Source of the DNA: Heterodontus francisci
Taxonomy: Eukaryota
Assembly (NCBI RefSeq): GCF_036365525.1
Contig: NC_090377.1
Coordinates: 108,334,407-108,398,406, forward strand
Direction: 5' to 3'
Length of the DNA stretch: 64,000 nucleotides
Shown here: positions 1 to 11,999 of the stretch, piece after piece
Layout: each line of letters begins with the position of its first letter
How positions within the stretch are numbered: position 1 is the stretch's first letter
The notes under the pieces: model-generated
The model's input: the letters and a program-made list of their open reading frames with translations, nothing else
What the model was told of the DNA's origin: nothing
Database searches by the model: none
Translations under genes and position numbers: made by a program

Positions 1-370
1 CAGCCCAAACCTGAACACATTTTTCACCATTTAATTTCTGTACAGTGAATTAAGTATGTTGTATCAATGTTTCTATGGTTCTTCTCCTTGGTGACAGTCA
101 GTTTTTTGAAATAATTCTGTTTGAAATAATTCTATTGGCATTGCTAAGTGTTGTAATCAAGTGTGGTGACAGGTTGCTGCTGTTCATTGGGATTTGCAGG
201 ATGGATGTAGCATTGCTGCTCTATTGTGCTCAGTTATACGCTGACCTTGCAGCCACAAATAACATTTCCGACTGGCTGTCCCTGCTGTCTTACTGGCACT
301 CATATAGTCCTTTCAGGTGACTGGCTAAGTTGGCCAGATGTGATGCCAGTGTGAGAGAGCTACCTCATTA
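1..370 (+). repeat. Diverged paralogous copy of 55125-55162 plus 56628-56945 (segmental duplication marker)
   Basis: Shared ordered anchors: ccatttaatttctgtac, cttctccttggtgacagtcag, aagtgtggt.acaggttgctgctgtt, tgcagccaca, ttactggcactca, caggtgactggctaagttggc. Confidence 0.85.
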
Positions 371-377
371 TCATAAT

Positions 378-1596
378 TAGGTCCAACCTGATCAACCTTT
401 CCTCATAAGACAACCCCTTCATACCAGGAATTAACCTAATGAATCTTCTCTAAACTGCCTCCAATGCACGTTTATCCCTCTTAAAATAAGCCGACCAAAA
501 CTGTACCTACTACTCTAGGGTGTGAAATTTATGCTGGTGGTGAGGTCTCGACGTTGGGGGAAACTAACGATGAGATCCCCATGATGCCTCTTTTCCGAAA
601 GGCCCACCGAATTTAGTGCCAATCAGGCACTTAAGTGAACAGCGGTAGACCTTCCATAGGATTTAGGACCCCGTTGCCGGAAGTCCCGGCCTTGCAGAGC
701 TGCCAGCAAATCAGAGGCCAGCATTTGCAGCGACACCGCAGAGGCAGTGGGTGTTTCTGTGCTGACAAGCGTCGCTGGACCCAGGCCTCAGGTAAGTCAG
801 GGTGGGAGGGGTCTTGCAGGGTGGGGGGTGGTGGTCACAGGGGAGAGGGGTCGGTAGCAAGGGAAGAGTGGGTGGCCCTCAAGGCACCCCATCCACTCCC
901 CCTTCCTGATGCTGGGTCCCTTGTTCAGGCACTAAGTGCCTTTGAATGAGGGATCGCTCACCCCTAACCCGGAGCCGGGAAGCAGTCTGCATAGTTTTTC
1001 CTACCGTTCTTCCCGTGCAGTGACAGGGCCGCCTGCTGCACTGGTAATTGCAGCTGCAGCAGAAAGATGTCCTTAATTGTACATTAATTGCCCAGTTAAG
1101 GGCGTCGATTGGCAGCAGGGCGGGAAGGCCGTTCACAGGCTTAATACTTTCAGCGGACACAGAATGGTGGCAGCAACCCCTCCCACAACCCCCACCCCCA
1201 ACCATCATCCCACCTGATTTTATACTCTCTCCGCCTTCAACCCTGCTGCAGGGGGGAGCATAAAATTCCACCTAGGTGTGGCCTCAACAATACCCTGTAC
1301 AGTTGTCGCAAGACTTCCTTACTTTTATGCATCACCTTCTTTGAAACAAAGGCCAAAATTCCATTTTCCTTCCTAATTACTTGCTGTAACCACATGCTAA
1401 CTTTTTGTGATTCATGTACAAGGACACCCAGGTCCCTCCGTACTACTGCATTCTGCAATCTCTCTCCACTTAAGTAATATTTTGCTGCTCTATTCTTCCT
1501 ACCAAAGTAGACAACCTCACATTTTCCCACATTATCTTCCATTTGCCAAAATCTTGCCTACTCACTTCCCTTTCCATATCCCTTTGCAGACTCTTT
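378..1596 (-). mobile_element. CR1 LINE RT fragment, interrupted by the MITE at 519-1272 and continuing at 17388 after the Harbinger insertion
   Basis: Minus-strand ORF NVGKCEVVYFGRKNRAAKYYLSGERLQNAVVRRDLGVLVHES, typical of CR1 ORF2. Confidence 0.85.
519..1272. mobile_element. Harbinger-type MITE
   Basis: TIRs ggtgtgaaatttatgct / agcataaaattccacc and 3-bp TSD TAG. Removing it restores the CR1 sequence tactctag-gtgtggcctc. Confidence 0.75.
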
Positions 1597-1856
1597 GGGC
1601 TGAATTTTGTGCAGACCTTGAGGACAGGAACAGAGACGGGGGAGGGGGGATGGTGGATAAAATGAGACAGGAGACGTCGGATGTCCCATCCTGATTTTAT
1701 CAATGACAGCAAAGATGGAGGGTGGAGATCAGATGGTGACATGCCAGGCAGGCAATTAAAGTATTTAAGAGGTCTATTGACTGAGATTTTATTTATAATA
1801 TTAAATTTTATAAATGGTGCATGGGATTCACGAGGCTTCAGAACCTTACCTGGACC

Positions 1857-4800
1857 AATATGTTGAGGAACCAACTAGAGAACAGGCCATCCTAGACTGG
1901 GTATTGTGTAATGAGAGAGGAATAATTGACAATCCAGTTGTGTGAGACCCCTTGGGGATGAGTGACCATAATATGATTGAATTCCTCATCAAGGTGGAGA
2001 GTGACGTAGTTGATTCTGAGACTAGGGTCCTGAATCTTAATAAAGGAAACTACGAAGGTATGAGGTGCGAGTTGGCTATGATGGATTGGGAAACGTTACT
2101 TAAAGGGATGATGGTGGACAGGCAATGGCAAATAGTCAAAGAGTGCATGGATGAACTGCAACAATTGTTTATTCCTGTCTGGCGCAGAAGTAAAATGGGA
2201 AAGGTAACCAAACCTTGGCTTACAAGGGAAATTAGAGATAGCATTAGATCCAAGGTCGTGTCTCTCTAATTTGAGTTTTTTGAGGAAGTGACAAAGATGA
2301 TTGATGAAGGAAGGGCAGTGGATATTATCTATATGGATTTCAGTAAAGCCTTTCACAAGGTCCCTCATGGTAGACTAGTACAAAAGGCTCAAGTCACACG
2401 GGATCAGAGGTGAGCTGGCAAGATGGATACAGAACTGGCTCAGTGATAGAAGACAGAGGGTAGCAGTGGAAGGGTGCTTTTCTGAATGGAGGGATGTGAC
2501 TAGTGGTGTTCCGCAGGGATCAGTGCTGGGACCTTTGCTGTTTGTAGTATACATAAATGACTTGGAGGAAAATGTAGCTGGTCTGATTCGTAAGTTTGCG
2601 GACGACACAAAGGTTGGAGGAGTTGCGGATAGTGATGAGGATTGTCAGAGGATACAGCAGGATATAGATCGGTTGGAGACTTGGGCGGAGAAATGGCAGA
2701 TGGAGTTTAATCCAGACAAATGTGAGGTCATGCATTTTGGAAGGTCTAATGCATGTGGGAAGTATACAGTAAATGGCAGAACCCTTAGGAGTATTGACAG
2801 GCAGAGAGATCTGGGCGTACAGGTCCACAGGTCACTGAAAGTGGCAACACAGGTGGATAAGGTAGTCAAGAAGGTATGCGGCATGCTTGCCTTCATCGCT
2901 CGGGGCATAGAGTATAAAAATTGGCAAGTCATGCTGCAGCTGTACAGAACTTTAGTTAGGCCATACTTAGAATATTGCGTGCAATTCTGGTCGCCACACT
3001 ACCAGAAGGACATGGAGGCTTTGGAGAGGGTACAGAAGAGGTTTACCAGGATGTTGCCTGGTCTGGAGGGCATTAGCTATGAGGAGAGGTTGGATAAACT
3101 CGGATTGTTTTCACTGGAATGACGGAGGTGGAGGGGCAACATGATAGAGGTTTACAAAGTTATAAGCAGCATGGACAGAGTGGATAGTCAGAAGCTTTTT
3201 CCCAGGGTGGAAGAGTCAGTTACTAGGAGACATAGGTTTAAGGTGAGAAGGGCAAAGTTTAGAGGGGATGTGCGAGGTAAGTTCTTTACACAGAGGGTGG
3301 TGAGTGCCTGGAACTTGCTGCCGGGGGAGGTGGTGGAAGCAGGTACGATAGAGACGTTTCAGAGGCATCTTGACATATACATGAATAGGATGGGAATAGA
3401 GGGATACAGTCCCCGGAAGTGCAGAAGGTTTTGGTTTAGGCAGGCATCAAGGCTTGGAGGGCAGAATGGCCTGTCCCTGTGCTGTACTGTTCTTTGTTGT
3501 TTGTTCTTTGAAGAGGCATACAAATTTGCCAGAAAAAACAACAGACCTGAGAATTGGGAGCAGTTTAGAATTCAGCAAAGGAGGACCAAGGGATTGATTA
3601 AGAAGGGGAAAATAGAGTAAGAGAGTAAGCTTACGGGGAACATAAAAACTGATTGTAAAAGTTGCTCTCGGTATGTGAAGAAAAAAAGATTGGTGAAGAC
3701 AAATGTAGGTCCCTTACAGTCAGAAACAGGGGAATTTCTTATGGAGAACAAAGAAATGGCTGACCTATTAAATGCATACTTTGGTTCTGTCTTCACAGAG
3801 GAGGACACAAATATCATACCAGAAATGTTGGGGAACACAGGACCTAGTGAGAGAGAGGAAGTGAAGGAAATCAGTATTGTCGAGAAATGGTGTTGGGGAA
3901 ATTGATGGAATCGAAGGCCGATAAATTGCAAGGGCCTGATAATCTATGTCCCAGAGTACTTAAGGAAGTGGCCCTAGAAACAGTGGATACATTGGTGGTC
4001 ATCTTCCAAGATTCTATGGACTCTGGAACAGTTCCTACAGATTGGTGGGGAGCTAATGTAACCCCACTATTTAAAAAGTGAGGTAGAGAGAAAGCAGGGA
4101 ATTATAGACCAGTCAGCCTGACGTCGGTAGTGGGGCATATTCTGGAGTCTATTATCAAAGATTTTCTCGCAGAGCACTTGGAGAACAGTGGTAGAATCGG
4201 ATAAAGTCAGCATGGCTTTACAAAAGGGAAATCATGCTTGACAAATCTACTAGAATTCTTCGAGGATGTAACCAGTAGAGTTGATGAGGGGGAGCCAGTG
4301 GATGTGATTTACTTGGACTTTCAGAAGGCTTTCGACAAAGTCCCACATGAGAGATCAGCATGTAAAATTAAAGTGCATGGAATTGGGGGTAGTGTATTAC
4401 GATAGATAGAAAATTGGTTGGCAGACAGGAAACAAAGAGTAGGGCTAAATGGTTGCTTTTCCGAATGGCAGGCAGTGACGAGTGGGGTACCACAGGGATC
4501 GGTGCTGGGACCCCAGCTATTCACAGTATATATTAATGATTTAGATGAGGGAACTAAATGTAATATCTCCAAATTTGCAGATGACACAAAACTGGGTGGG
4601 AGGGTGAGTTGTGAGGAAGATGCAGAGAGGCTTCAGGATGATTTGGACAAGTTGAGTGAGTGGGCTAATGCATGGCAGATGCAGTATAATGTGGATAAAT
4701 GTGAGGTTATCCACTTTGGTAGCAAAAACAGGAAGGCAGATTATTATCTGACTAGCTCTAAACTGAGAGAGGGGAATATGCAACTCGACCTGGGTGTTCT

Positions 4801-5470
4801 CGTACACCAGTCGCTGAAGGTAAGCATGCAGGTGCTTCATCGCGAGAGGATTCGAGTACAGGAGCAGGGATGTCTTGCTGCAATTATACAGGGCCTAGGT
4901 GAGGCCACACCTGGAATATTGTGCGCAGTTTTGGTCTCCTAATCTAGAAAAGATGTTTTTGCTACAGAGGAAATGCAGTGAAGGTTTACCAGACTGATTC
5001 CTGGGATGGTGGGACTGACTTATGAGGAGAGATTGAGTCGGTTAGGATTATATTCACTGGAGTTCAGAACAGTGAGAGGGGTATCTCATGGAAACCTATA
5101 AAATTCTAACGGAACTTGACAGGGTAGATGCAGGAAGGATGTTCCCAATGGTGGGGGAGTCCAGAACCAGGGGTCATGGTCTAAGGATACAGGGTAAACC
5201 TTTCAGGACAGAGATGATGAGAAATTACTTCACCCAGAGAGTGGTGAGCCTGTGGAATTCATTACCACAGAAAGCAGTTGAGGCCAAAACATTGTATGTT
5301 TTCAAGAAGGAGTTAGATATAGCTCTTGGGGCAAAAGGGATCAAAGGATATGGGGAGAAAGCGAGAACAGGTTACTGAGTTGGATGATCAGCCATGATCC
5401 TAATGAATGGTGGAGCAGGCTCGAAGGGCCAAATGGCCTACTCCTGCTCCTATTTTCTATGTTTCTATGT
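1857..5470 (+). mobile_element. CR1 LINE ORF2 (endonuclease C-terminus to 3' tail) with a second CR1 nested at about 2255-3509
   Basis: SDHN endonuclease motif, [10 protein letters not shown] and KFADDTK RT motifs, and a (tttctatg) tail at about 5455-5472. Confidence 0.9.
2255..3509 (+). mobile_element. 5'-truncated CR1 LINE nested in another CR1
   Basis: ORF 2466-3122 has [10 protein letters not shown]...KFADDTK and the copy ends in a T-rich tail. The host CR1 rejoins as attagatccaag / gaagaggcatacaaa. Confidence 0.9.
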
Positions 5471-5879
5471 TTCAATGAGGTGATATGAAGGCAGGAGCTC
5501 ATTGCTGGTGGCAAGCTAGGGGAGGCCATTGGGAGAGATAGCATTCACTGCCAGGCAGGTGGAGACAGGAGAGCATCAGGAATCATCTGAGGACATTGGG
5601 GTGGACTGGGGGAGAGAGTTGTTGCCAATGGTCCCAGAACTGCAGAGATGCCATTCCAGAGGTGACAACTGGGGGGGAAAGAGGGTCCCTGTTGGCAGTG
5701 AAGGCCTTGTGCTTGGGCAGAGGCCACCTATCGTGGGCTTCATTCATCCAGGTTTTGGGGACCATGTTGAAGGGAGGAGCAGCAGAGCGAGAAGGAGGTC
5801 CAGGCACCTCCAGCAGCATCTCAACATTCTGTGAGGTCATAGGAGGGTTAGCAGTGGCCTCCAGACGATAGAGAAGGTT

Positions 5880-6900
5880 GCAGAGGGGAAAGAAATGTGT
5901 CTCCTGCACGCAGAGGTAGGTACCCTCCAGAGTGGGTCTACCAGTCAAGGCTCAATTACCTGCAGATTTCAGAGAGGAAGTGCCAACGACGACTCTGCCT
6001 CTTCTGGGAGGCTATCATTGACCTATGTGCATTGATGCAGGATGAGCTGAGCCCCAGGGGACTTGGTGGAAATTCCAGTGCCAGTGGCACTGAAGCTCAC
6101 CGTGGTGCTGACCCTTCTATGCCTCTGGATCATTCCAGATTCACTGAGGACAAGTGCGGCCCATCGGTGCATCAGGGAGGTCACCATTGCCCTTTTCAGG
6201 AGGGCCGGCAAATATGTGCCCTTCCATACAGATCCAAACTCTCAAGCTGAGAGGGTAATCAGGTTTGGGGCCATTGCTGGATTCCCCCAGGTACAGGGTG
6301 TCATCAACTGCACAAATGAGGCCATCAAGGCTCCTGATCACCAGCCAGTGGCCTTCATCAACAGGAAGGGCTTCCACTCCCTCAATGTACAACTTGTCTG
6401 TGACCACCATCAGTGGATCCTGCAGATCTGTGCACGCTTCCCGGGAAGTTGCCATGATGCTGACATTTTAAGGCAGTCCCAAGTGTCAGAGGTTTTCTGG
6501 CCTTCAGGGATGGAGTCAAGAGCAACCCACTGAGGCCATGGTTACTGACACCTGTGAGGAAACCATGCACAGATGCAGAGGAGAGGTACAACTCCTGCCA
6601 CGGGACAACGCAGGCCATTGGTCTGCTGAAGATGAGAGTCATGTTCCTAGATCGGTCCGGTGGAGCCCTAATGTATGCCCCGGAAAGGCTCTCACATATT
6701 GTGATGGTCTGCTGTGGACTGCACAACCTGGTGCCGCAGAGGGGTAAAGCTCGAACAATGAGGAATGCGAGGAATGCGATGCCTCCTCAGATGATGAGGA
6801 TGCAGAGGAGGAAGCTGACCAAGCATCACCAGATGAAAGATCCGCAGGACAACGGGAGTGTTACCATGAGATATATGCAAGGCAGGCTTGCCCTTATATA
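5880..6900 (+). pseudogene. Harbinger (HARBI1-like DDE) transposase remnant
   Basis: GFPQVQGVINCT, NRKGFHSLNVQLVCD, FPGSCHDA and IGLLKMR motifs. Frameshifted, and the first catalytic Asp reads Asn. Confidence 0.85.
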
Positions 6901-7143
6901 CATTCGCGTTTCCCGTGATCTTTACTGTAGTATATTGTAATGTAGAGTTGTTACTGGGCAGAATATGTAAATAGACTGTAAGCATCTTTACAGGAAGTGA
7001 TGTAATAGAATCTGTGCAGAACCTCATAAAGCATGTAAATGGAACCCATAGTTGCAAGATGTCTGTAAATCAACTCCTGTTCCTATAACTGTCAGATTCT
7101 TAGAAATTCTGTAATAAGCTCTAATAGTTATCAGAATATGATA

Positions 7144-7156
7144 TGGTGGCAGCGGT
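7144..7156 (+). other. Primer-binding site complementary to the 3' end of tRNA-Leu
   Basis: TGGTGGCAGCGGT directly after the 5' LTR, complementary to the ...ACCGCTGCCACCA end of vertebrate tRNA-Leu(AAG/TAG) as recalled. Confidence 0.7.
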
Positions 7157-8228
7157 AAATGGAAGATGGAAGAATCATTGCCCTGAATGGAGAAATTTGA
7201 AAAAGTAGCTGGACATAACCAAGCCAAGCCATGCCAAACTGGGTCTCGAGGTTTGCAAGGTATCGTACTGCATCAGGTCTCGTGCAGAATCCAGACAAGG
7301 AGCTGGTTGAAACATCATTGTATGCAGTGGGGGAGTGTGCAGACGAATCCTCATTACTCAAGGCATATATGAAGAGAAGGCTACATATAAAGAAGTCATT
7401 AAGGCACTCGAGATTTACTTTAATGTAAGGAAAAATGTCATTATGAGCACATCAAATTTAATAAGCATGCCCAGCAGAAACGGGAGAGCATTGATTTGTT
7501 TATCAATGATTTATATAAACTCACTGAAGATTGCAAATACGGCAGTTTATGGGAAGCACTGATTAGAGACAGGATTGTGATCAGTGTAGTGGGCGACACC
7601 CTTTCGGATCATCTACAGTCGAGGGATGATCTTATGTTAATGAAAGTGATTCAGTTGACCAGGCAAGCAGAGGTTAGAAAACTTAACCAATTCATTGTCC
7701 AAGGGTACAGGGAGAGTCCGATCTCAAAGTAGCAGACTCCATTGAATAAGTAAAGAAAGCGAAAGCAAGAAACAACAGTCAAAGACAGGAAAGGCGTGAA
7801 AAGCATCTAGAGGCAGCAGCAACTAATTGCAGTAGGTGTGGCCGAGAGAGGCACTGGCGGGAAAATTTCCCAGCCAGAGAAGCGGAATGTTTCCTGGATA
7901 AAAAGCGGGGACACTTTCAAACAGTATGTCGCAGTAAAAAAACAGTGTTGCAAATTATAAAGTGGAAATCCAAAGAAAATAAAGAAAAGGTTAATGAAGT
8001 ACACGGTGTACAAAGTGTTGAAATACCTTTTCTAGGGGAAATCCAAGCAACAAGTGAGAATTGCTGGACAGCAGCAGTTTTAGTATTATCAGACACAGAA
8101 CCGTGGCTGAAGAAGAAAGTCTCAAGCCAATAGGTAAAAGATTATATGGGTCTGCAGGCATCGAGTTGAAGATACTAGGAGAGTTAAAAACAATTCTGAG
8201 TTAAGGAAAAGAAATCCCTGAGACCTCA

Positions 8229-8983
8229 GGCAAGATTTTAAGAGATCTGTGGCGAGCTCAGAAAATGCGACTCACACGCTGAAGAGCCGCCGTGATCTCC
8301 CACGTGGAGGCCCACCCCCCCCAATCACATGGAGGGGCAGACTGTCCATTGCCAGGAATGGCATCAGCTGCTTGTGCGCAGGCGCTGGGGAGGTTTTTAA
8401 AGGGCAGCCAGCCCTGCCGGCATATTTGAATAAAGTGAAACCCCCAAAATTTACAAAATAAAATTGTAATGCTCTTTTCCAACCCTCCCAATAAAAATTA
8501 CATTGGGTATTTTCCCTTCTCCCCCAAAACACTTCCCTTTGAATTCTGACCTTCCCCGCTCCTCCCCCAGACCGTACAAAGTTGAAAGTACACCCCTTCT
8601 CACCATCCCCTACACTCATTATGTTTATTTGACCCTGCTCCCACTCCATCTGCACTGAAAATCTTAACTCCTTCCCATCCCCACCAGTGTCACGCCTGTT
8701 TTCCCCAAAAAGGGAAGTGAAGGCGTGGGAGTGCTGGCCACCACACTGAGAATCGTGTCGGGTTGGAAACGTTGCGGGTAAGTTGATTTAAATTTATTCA
8801 TCTCCTTAATTAAAATATTGAAATTCTGTTCCCGTCTCCCATTGACAGGGGGGCCGCCACAGAGCCTCGGTGCCGCTGGGAAGATCAGCGAGGCCCTCCC
8901 GGCACAGCTTCCATGGAGGAACCATCTTCTGGCCTGCCCCCTCCACGGAACCCGACGTCAGGGACTCAGTAAAATCCGGCCCC
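8229..8983. mobile_element. Harbinger-type MITE inserted in the Gypsy protease region
   Basis: Ends ggcaagatttt / aaaatccggcccc with a GC-rich interior. The Gypsy frame resumes after it (LYII). Confidence 0.65.
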
Positions 8984-9290
8984 TTATACATAATCTATAA
9001 TCAGAATTGTTCACTCCTAAGTAGAAAAGCTTCCATAGACCTACAGCTAATATATAGAGTAGAAGAGCTCAAATGTACAGAAGAGCAGCCTAGAGATTTT
9101 AGGGATGAATTTCCAAAATTATTCAGAGGATTGGGGAAGCTGAAAATGGCATGCCACATCACTCTGAGAATACAAGCAGAGCCAGTGTGTTTGTTCACAC
9201 CCAGGAAAATTCCACATCCATTCCTAGAGAAAGTTAAAATTGAAATCGAGTTAATGAGAAAACAGGGAGTCATTTCACCTGTAACAAACA

Positions 9291-10357
9291 GCGGTTCAAG
9301 AAGGCAGCTCACCACCTTCTCAAGGGCAATTAGGGATGGTCATGGGAACATCGGTACATAAGTAGGCCATTCAGCGCATCGAACCTGCTCCTCTATTCAA
9401 TACAATCATGGCTGATCATCCACTTCAATGCCTTTTTCCAACACTATCCCCATATCCCCTTATGTCATTTGCATTGAGAAATCAGTTAATGTCTGCTTTA
9501 AACATATTCAATGACTGAGCTTCCATAGCCCTCTGGGGTAGAGAATTACAAAGATTCACAACCCTCAGGGTAAAGAAATTTCTTCTCATCTCGGTCCTAA
9601 GTGGCTTCCCCCTTATTTTGAAATTGTGTCCCCTGGTTCTAGACACCCCAACGAGGGGAAACATCTTACCTGCATCTATCCTGTCTATCCCTTAAAGTAT
9701 TTTGCAGGTTTCAATGAGATCACCTCACATTCCTCAAAACTCTGGAGAATACAGGGCATGTTTCCCCAACCTCTCTTCACAGGACAGTCCTGCCATCTCA
9801 GGAACAAGTCTGGTGAACCTTTGTTGCACTCCCTCTATGGCAATAATATCCTTCCTAACGTAAGGAGACCAAAACTGCACAAAGTACACCAGGTGCACTC
9901 AAACCAAGGTTCGATACAACTGAAGCAAGACTTTGCTACTCCTGTACTCATATCATCTTGCAATAAAGGCTAACATACCACTAGCCTTCCTGATTGCTTG
10001 CTGCACCTGCATGTTAGCTTTCAGTGACTTATTCACAATGACACCTAGGTCAATTTGTACATCTACACTTTCTAATCTCTTCCCATTTAAGAAACACTCT
10101 GCACATCTATTCCACCTACCAAAGTCATTAACCTCACATTTTTGAACATTATATTCCATCTGCCACATTCTTGCCCACTCACTAAGTCTATCCAAATCCC
10201 CTTGAGGCGGCTTTGCATCTTTCTCACAACACACATTCCCATCTAGTTTTGTGCCATTCATGAACTTGGAAATATGACATTTGGTCCCCACTAACCAGCA
10301 ATAAATACTGGCATTGCCAGCGATGCACACATCTCCCAAACAAATGAAAAAAACATA
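9291..10357. mobile_element. LINE 3'-tail fragment (+) split by a CR1 3' fragment (-, about 9345-10290), nested in the Gypsy RT
   Basis: The tail caagggcaattagggatgg...gcaataaatactggcattgccagcgatg flanks minus-strand CR1 ORFs (EMRRNFFTLRVVNLCNSLP; KCEV). Confidence 0.8.
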
Positions 10358-11641
10358 CAGGATGGTGCTCAGGTATGGTTCCAGTGAAGAAACCTAATGG
10401 GTCCATTCGAATGTGTGTAGGCCTCACACAACTGAATAAGACAGTGGAAAGAGAAATACATCCAATGTCATCAGTAGATGAGAATTTGGCAAAGCTAAGG
10501 AAAAGCACAATTTTCACCAAATTAGATGCTAACAGCAGATTTCGACAAATACCATTGGATGAGGAATCTGAACCTTTATAACACCATTTGGAAGATTTTG
10601 TTTCAACAGATTACCATTTGGAATTACATCAGCACCAGAGATCTTTCAACGGACGCGTTAAGAATTCTGCTAGGATTAGATGGGATCATCAGCCACATGG
10701 ATGACGTGTTAATCCATGGTGCCGATCAGCAGGAATAGGATATGAGAGTGAGAGCAGTACTACAGAGATTGGAAGAAACATGTCTCACACTGAATGAGAA
10801 ATGTGCTTTTTCACAGCACAGTAAGATTTCTCAGACACATTATTGATGTGTCCGATATTAGAGCAGATCCACAAAAGACAGAGGCAATAAGGACTTTCCA
10901 GAGTCTAAAAATGTTACAGAGCTTCAAAGGTTTATTAGAATGGTGAATCAAGTAGGGAAATTTCTATCGAATTTAACCATGATCAATGAGCCATTGCATC
11001 AGTTGTTCCAAATCAACAGTGTGGGAAAGAAGCTCAACAAGAATCCTTTGAGAAAATCATGAACATGCTCGTATTTTCAGAACTGTTAGCACATTATGAC
11101 CCAAAGTTATCAACCATTACAGCGGTGGATGCGTCATCAATGGGATTAGGTGCAGTCTTATTTCAAGTGCAGAGAGATGGGAGACGCAGACCTGTATAAT
11201 TTGCTTCTTGTTCATTAACAGAAAGGGAACAAGATACAGAATCATTATAAAGGAAACATTGGCAGCAATGTGGGCAGGTTAGAAGTTTTCAGAATATGTC
11301 CTAGGTCTTCAATTCAAAATTGAATAAGATCATAAACCATTACTCTATTAAACACAAAGGAGCTTGCAAAGTTACCTCCAAGACTACAGAGGTTAAGATT
11401 AAGATTGATGAGATTTGACACAAAAACTGAATACGTTCCAGGAAAACAACAGTTCACAACAGACTCTTTATCACGTATTTCAGCAGCAAGACCAGAAGAA
11501 GGAGATATTTTGCTTCTTGAAGAAGTAGAAGTTTTTGCTTTGACGACAACAACAACTTTACCTGTTACAGATGAAGTATGTGCAGCAATCAAGGAATATT
11601 GCTCACATGGATGACCAGTGTACATGCCACATAACATTTTA

Positions 11642-11999
11642 GGGCGGCACAGTGGCGCAGTGGTTAGCACTGCAGCCTCACAGCTCCAGGGACCCGGGTT
11701 CGATTCTGGGTACTGCCTGTGTGGAGTTTGCAAGTTCTCCCTGTGTCTGCGTGGGTTTTCTTCGGGTGCTCCGGTTTCCTCCCACAAGCCAAAAAAACTT
11801 GCAGGTTGATAGGTAAATTGGCCATTATAAATTGTCACGAGTAGAGGTAGGTGGTAGGGAAATATAGGGACAGGTGGGGATGTTTGTTAGGAATATGGGA
11901 TTAGTGTAGGATTAGTATAAATGGGTGGTTGATGGTCGGCACAGACTCGGTGGGCCGAAGGGCCTGTTTCAGTGCTGTATCTCTAATCTAAAATCTAAT
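11642..11999 (+). mobile_element. HE1-like tRNA-derived V-SINE
   Basis: gggcggcacagtggcgcagtggttagcac (A box), ggttcgattc (B box), V-domain, CR1-type tail, (tctaaa)n end, and TSD CATAAC at 11630-11635 / 12000-12005. Confidence 0.9.

Noticed and set aside
75-320. 81-aa hydrophobic ORF at the window start
   Set aside because: The paralogous copy at 56628-56945 has indels that do not preserve the frame, and there is no recognisable domain.
5880-6900. Domesticated HARBI1/NAIF1 host genes (also 16500-17200, 19719-19950, 61327-62705)
   Set aside because: Frameshifts, stops, multiple related copies and enclosing TIRs/TSD show these are decayed transposons.
11642-11715. tRNA gene
   Set aside because: It is the tRNA-derived head of an HE1-like SINE with body, tail and TSD.
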